Source: Rhodosorus marinus CCMP1338
Lineage: Eukaryota > Plantae > Rhodophyta
Direction: 5' to 3'
DNA length: 64,000 bases
NCBI GenBank assembly: GCA_029953675.1
Contig: JAMWBK010000002.1
Location: 992,001 to 1,056,000, forward strand
Shown here: piece after piece, positions 61,667-64,000 of the stretch
Position numbering within the stretch: the first letter of the stretch is position 1
Layout: each line of letters starts with the position of its first letter
Translations under genes and position numbers: made by a program
The notes under the pieces: model-generated
What the model was told of the DNA's origin: nothing
The model's input: only the letters and a program-made list of their open reading frames with translations
Databases searched by the model: none

Positions 61667-62346
61667 ATGGTTGGATTTGTGAACACTATTGCGACTCCGG
61701 TTCAGGGTGCGAAGCGGGCGAGCTGCGCTTCGGCCTCCAGGAGGATGGTTGTCGTGTATAACAAGGAGATGATCAGAGACAAGATTGCGGTAAGTGCTTG
61801 ATATCAGCTGAGCGTATTGTTTTGCTTCTGGTGGTGGATCTGCTCGAGGGGTCCCGGTTGTGTGCGATCGTGTGGTGATTGCTCTTTTTATTTGGGTTGC
61901 ATATGTGGTGCTTTGTTTTGTTCATCTGGGCGTCTGGGCTTTGGTTTGATTGGCTGGTTGAGGCTAGTGCTAGGGCTGGGGATAGGATCATAGATAATGA
62001 AACTCTCGGATTCGAGGATACTGGTTCCTGACGGAGAGGTTCTTTTTTGATCGGATTATTGCAGGCCGCTGTGAAGGAAGCAAGCGAGAAGTCTGACAAG
62101 TTTGGAAAGCAATCCCAGGAGGCTGCCGTTGCATGGTAAGTTTCCAATTGAGCACGAGTTATCTGACCAAGCCGATTCGGTCGATGGTAAGCTGACGTCG
62201 GATATATTGCGTGTAATAGGGACGTTGTCGAAGAGCTCAGCGCCGAGCTCTCTCACGAGAAGGCCAATGACCCGAAGGCGGATCCTTTGGACGTGTACTG
62301 CGAAGAGTCGCCGGAGGCTGATGAGTGCCGTACTTATGAAGATTAG
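61667..62346 (+). CDS. CP12: Calvin-cycle regulator CP12, plastid-targeted
   Basis: Exons 61667-61789, 62065-62135 and 62220-62346 encode MVGFVNTIATP...AAVAWDVVEELSA...DPLDVYCEESPEADECRTYED*. Not shown in the ORF track because of the introns. Confidence 0.95.
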
Positions 62347-63536
62347 AAGTCGATTAAAGTGATCTGATTCCTTTGTTAACATTGCAAGTCCGCAAACTTG
62401 TATCGGACCTCTTCCCATGGAACCAGGAGGTTGAATATGAGTTTGAACGTGTCAACACACTGAGAGCTTTTGTTGAGCTGAGCTGCGTCCGCCCTAACCG
62501 TGTCCACCGCAAAATCCTCTCAAGTACTAGACTCCGCTTTCCTTCAGGGCTGCATCGGGTGTTTAAGCACATCAGCGACGGCTTAGATGACGAATTATAA
62601 CTGAACCTTCACTGCAGGCCACTACAACCTAGAGTGAGATGGACAGATGGCTTTCGGGGACTTCTTTTGTTCAAAGTTCGCAAGCTACGCGCCCTTCCCC
62701 CCGGTGTGTCGTATTTCTTGCATTACTGTTACGCACAAGTATGTATGTTTATTTTTTTTGTCTCTGCGGCAGCAACTGCACAGCTCCGACAAGCATTGGT
62801 GCGCTCTGATTCGAATAGAAGCGCGGACTCCAGAAGGTAGCAAGAATCCCTGGCAGCACCAGATGCAAATCAAGAGAGAGGGTTTTGATGGTTGTTCTTG
62901 GCATGAAAGGTTTCTTCTTTGTTTGCTTGTTGTCACCGCGGAATATGAAATCTTCACCGAAACCTAGATCCAGTGAATGGATGATGACGACAGATAACGA
63001 GTGCACGTGCATGACGAGTCATTACTGGGCAGCGCGCAGCAAATCCGTCCATACTCGCCATCAACCAAGTGTGCTGGGCCTCCACAGGCAATCCGCAAAA
63101 AGATCAAATTCGTACAAGCGGGGAAAGCAAAGGAGGTGGGAGCATCCACAAAAACTGCTCTGTCTAGATGTTCCACATTATGGCTCATCGTAACTCCGTC
63201 GACGCGCTGAGAACTGACAGACCTCCTCTCTCAACCAGATCCATCCAAGCGGCCCCTCCCCCACCCACCCCCTCTGTCCCAAATGCAGCTACTTTAGTTC
63301 CAAACTGTCCCAATCCCCGCTACAACGCGTGTCTATCAACAATTGGATGCAATCAGGATAGAGTTCGTTATTTAGAAATAGTTTCTACAAGTACGTCAAC
63401 TCAAATGAATATATATATTCATATTTTTCAGATAACTGGAGCAATTGTCAAAATTTGGGATTAGTTCTGTTTAGATTTTGGATTTAGCTTAAGGAGCTTG
63501 TTGATGTTTTGGGGCAGGTGCATCGAAGTGTTTACC

Positions 63537-63998
63537 CTAGGGCAAGAGTTTATGATGAGAACGGGACGGAAGAGAGATGCGTTCGACTGGTTCTGAGATT
63601 TCTCGAATAGAGGACCAGGTACCCCACTGTCCTGGGATCAAGTTTGTGCATTTTTGGGCTTGTTTGATCGCTTGACGAAAGGCAGGTTTGGGCTGGTGGT
63701 GGAGGGTCAGACCGCATTCCCTGCTGTATGATGTGGAACGCGTAGGGTTTGTTGGACAGCAAAGGCTGGGAATCTTGAACAATTTCGATGCTAGTGTGGG
63801 TGTGTGTAGTGAGTTAAATCTTTCAAGTGAACTACGATGATGTAGGATCACGGCCGTTGGGGCAGCCTTGCGTGCAAAGCTGTATAGACTTTTCTGAGTG
63901 CCGGGGCAAGGACGAGGTGTTCTTCTCGGTGGCCAGGAATGAACGTCCTCAGAGGCGTACTCGGCGACGAAATATCGCTCCTTCAGTATGAGCTCAGA
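63537..63998 (-). CDS. Hypothetical 3' gene fragment, open to the window edge
   Basis: One minus-strand frame is open from the window end (SELILKERYFVAEY...) to a stop at 63537. No recognisable motif. Confidence 0.25.
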   Translation of the reverse strand, partial: SELILKERYFVAEYASEDVHSWPPRRTPRPCPGTQKSLYSFARKAAPTAVILHHRSSLERFNSLHTPTLASKLFKIPSLCCPTNPTRSTSYSRECGLTLHHQPKPAFRQAIKQAQKCTNLIPGQWGTWSSIREISEPVERISLPSRSHHKLLP

Positions 63999-64000
63999 AG

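Noticed and set aside
62354-63210. Overlapping ORFs on both strands after CP12
   Set aside because: No frame could be preferred and no domain was recognised.
79-64000. Most remaining short ORFs in the six-frame track
   Set aside because: They are antisense or alternate-frame shadows of the genes above, or low-complexity intergenic frames.

Overview
Compact, intron-rich eukaryotic nuclear DNA with short GT-AG introns. It is probably from a red alga; this is inferred from a CP12 lacking the N-terminal Cys pair and from transit peptides with Phe near the N-terminus (MVGFV, MTLFV, MSGFL). Housekeeping genes: type I J-protein, CPA2 K+/H+ antiporter, Nudix hydrolase, ABCD transporter, RBX1, GPN3, FAM136A-like, MoaA/CNX2, UVR-ApaG, GT4 glycosyltransferase, DUF155/RMD1 and CP12. 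Stand-out observations: (1) a spliced gene fusing a zeta-toxin-like P-loop kinase to a C-terminal monothiol-type glutaredoxin domain that the ORF track misses; (2) four tandem secreted S1A serine-protease zymogens with Gly189; (3) an internally deleted Ty1/copia element containing a 533-bp inverted duplication of chimeric RT/integrase sequence; (4) a stand-alone degenerate Clp/Hsp100 NBD1; (5) a kinase-fold protein with a twin-arginine-like signal; (6) several intergenic hairpins, including a tRNA-3'-half-like inverted repeat pair. Exon boundaries and alignments were worked out by eye, so coordinates may be off by a few bases. No database searches were run.
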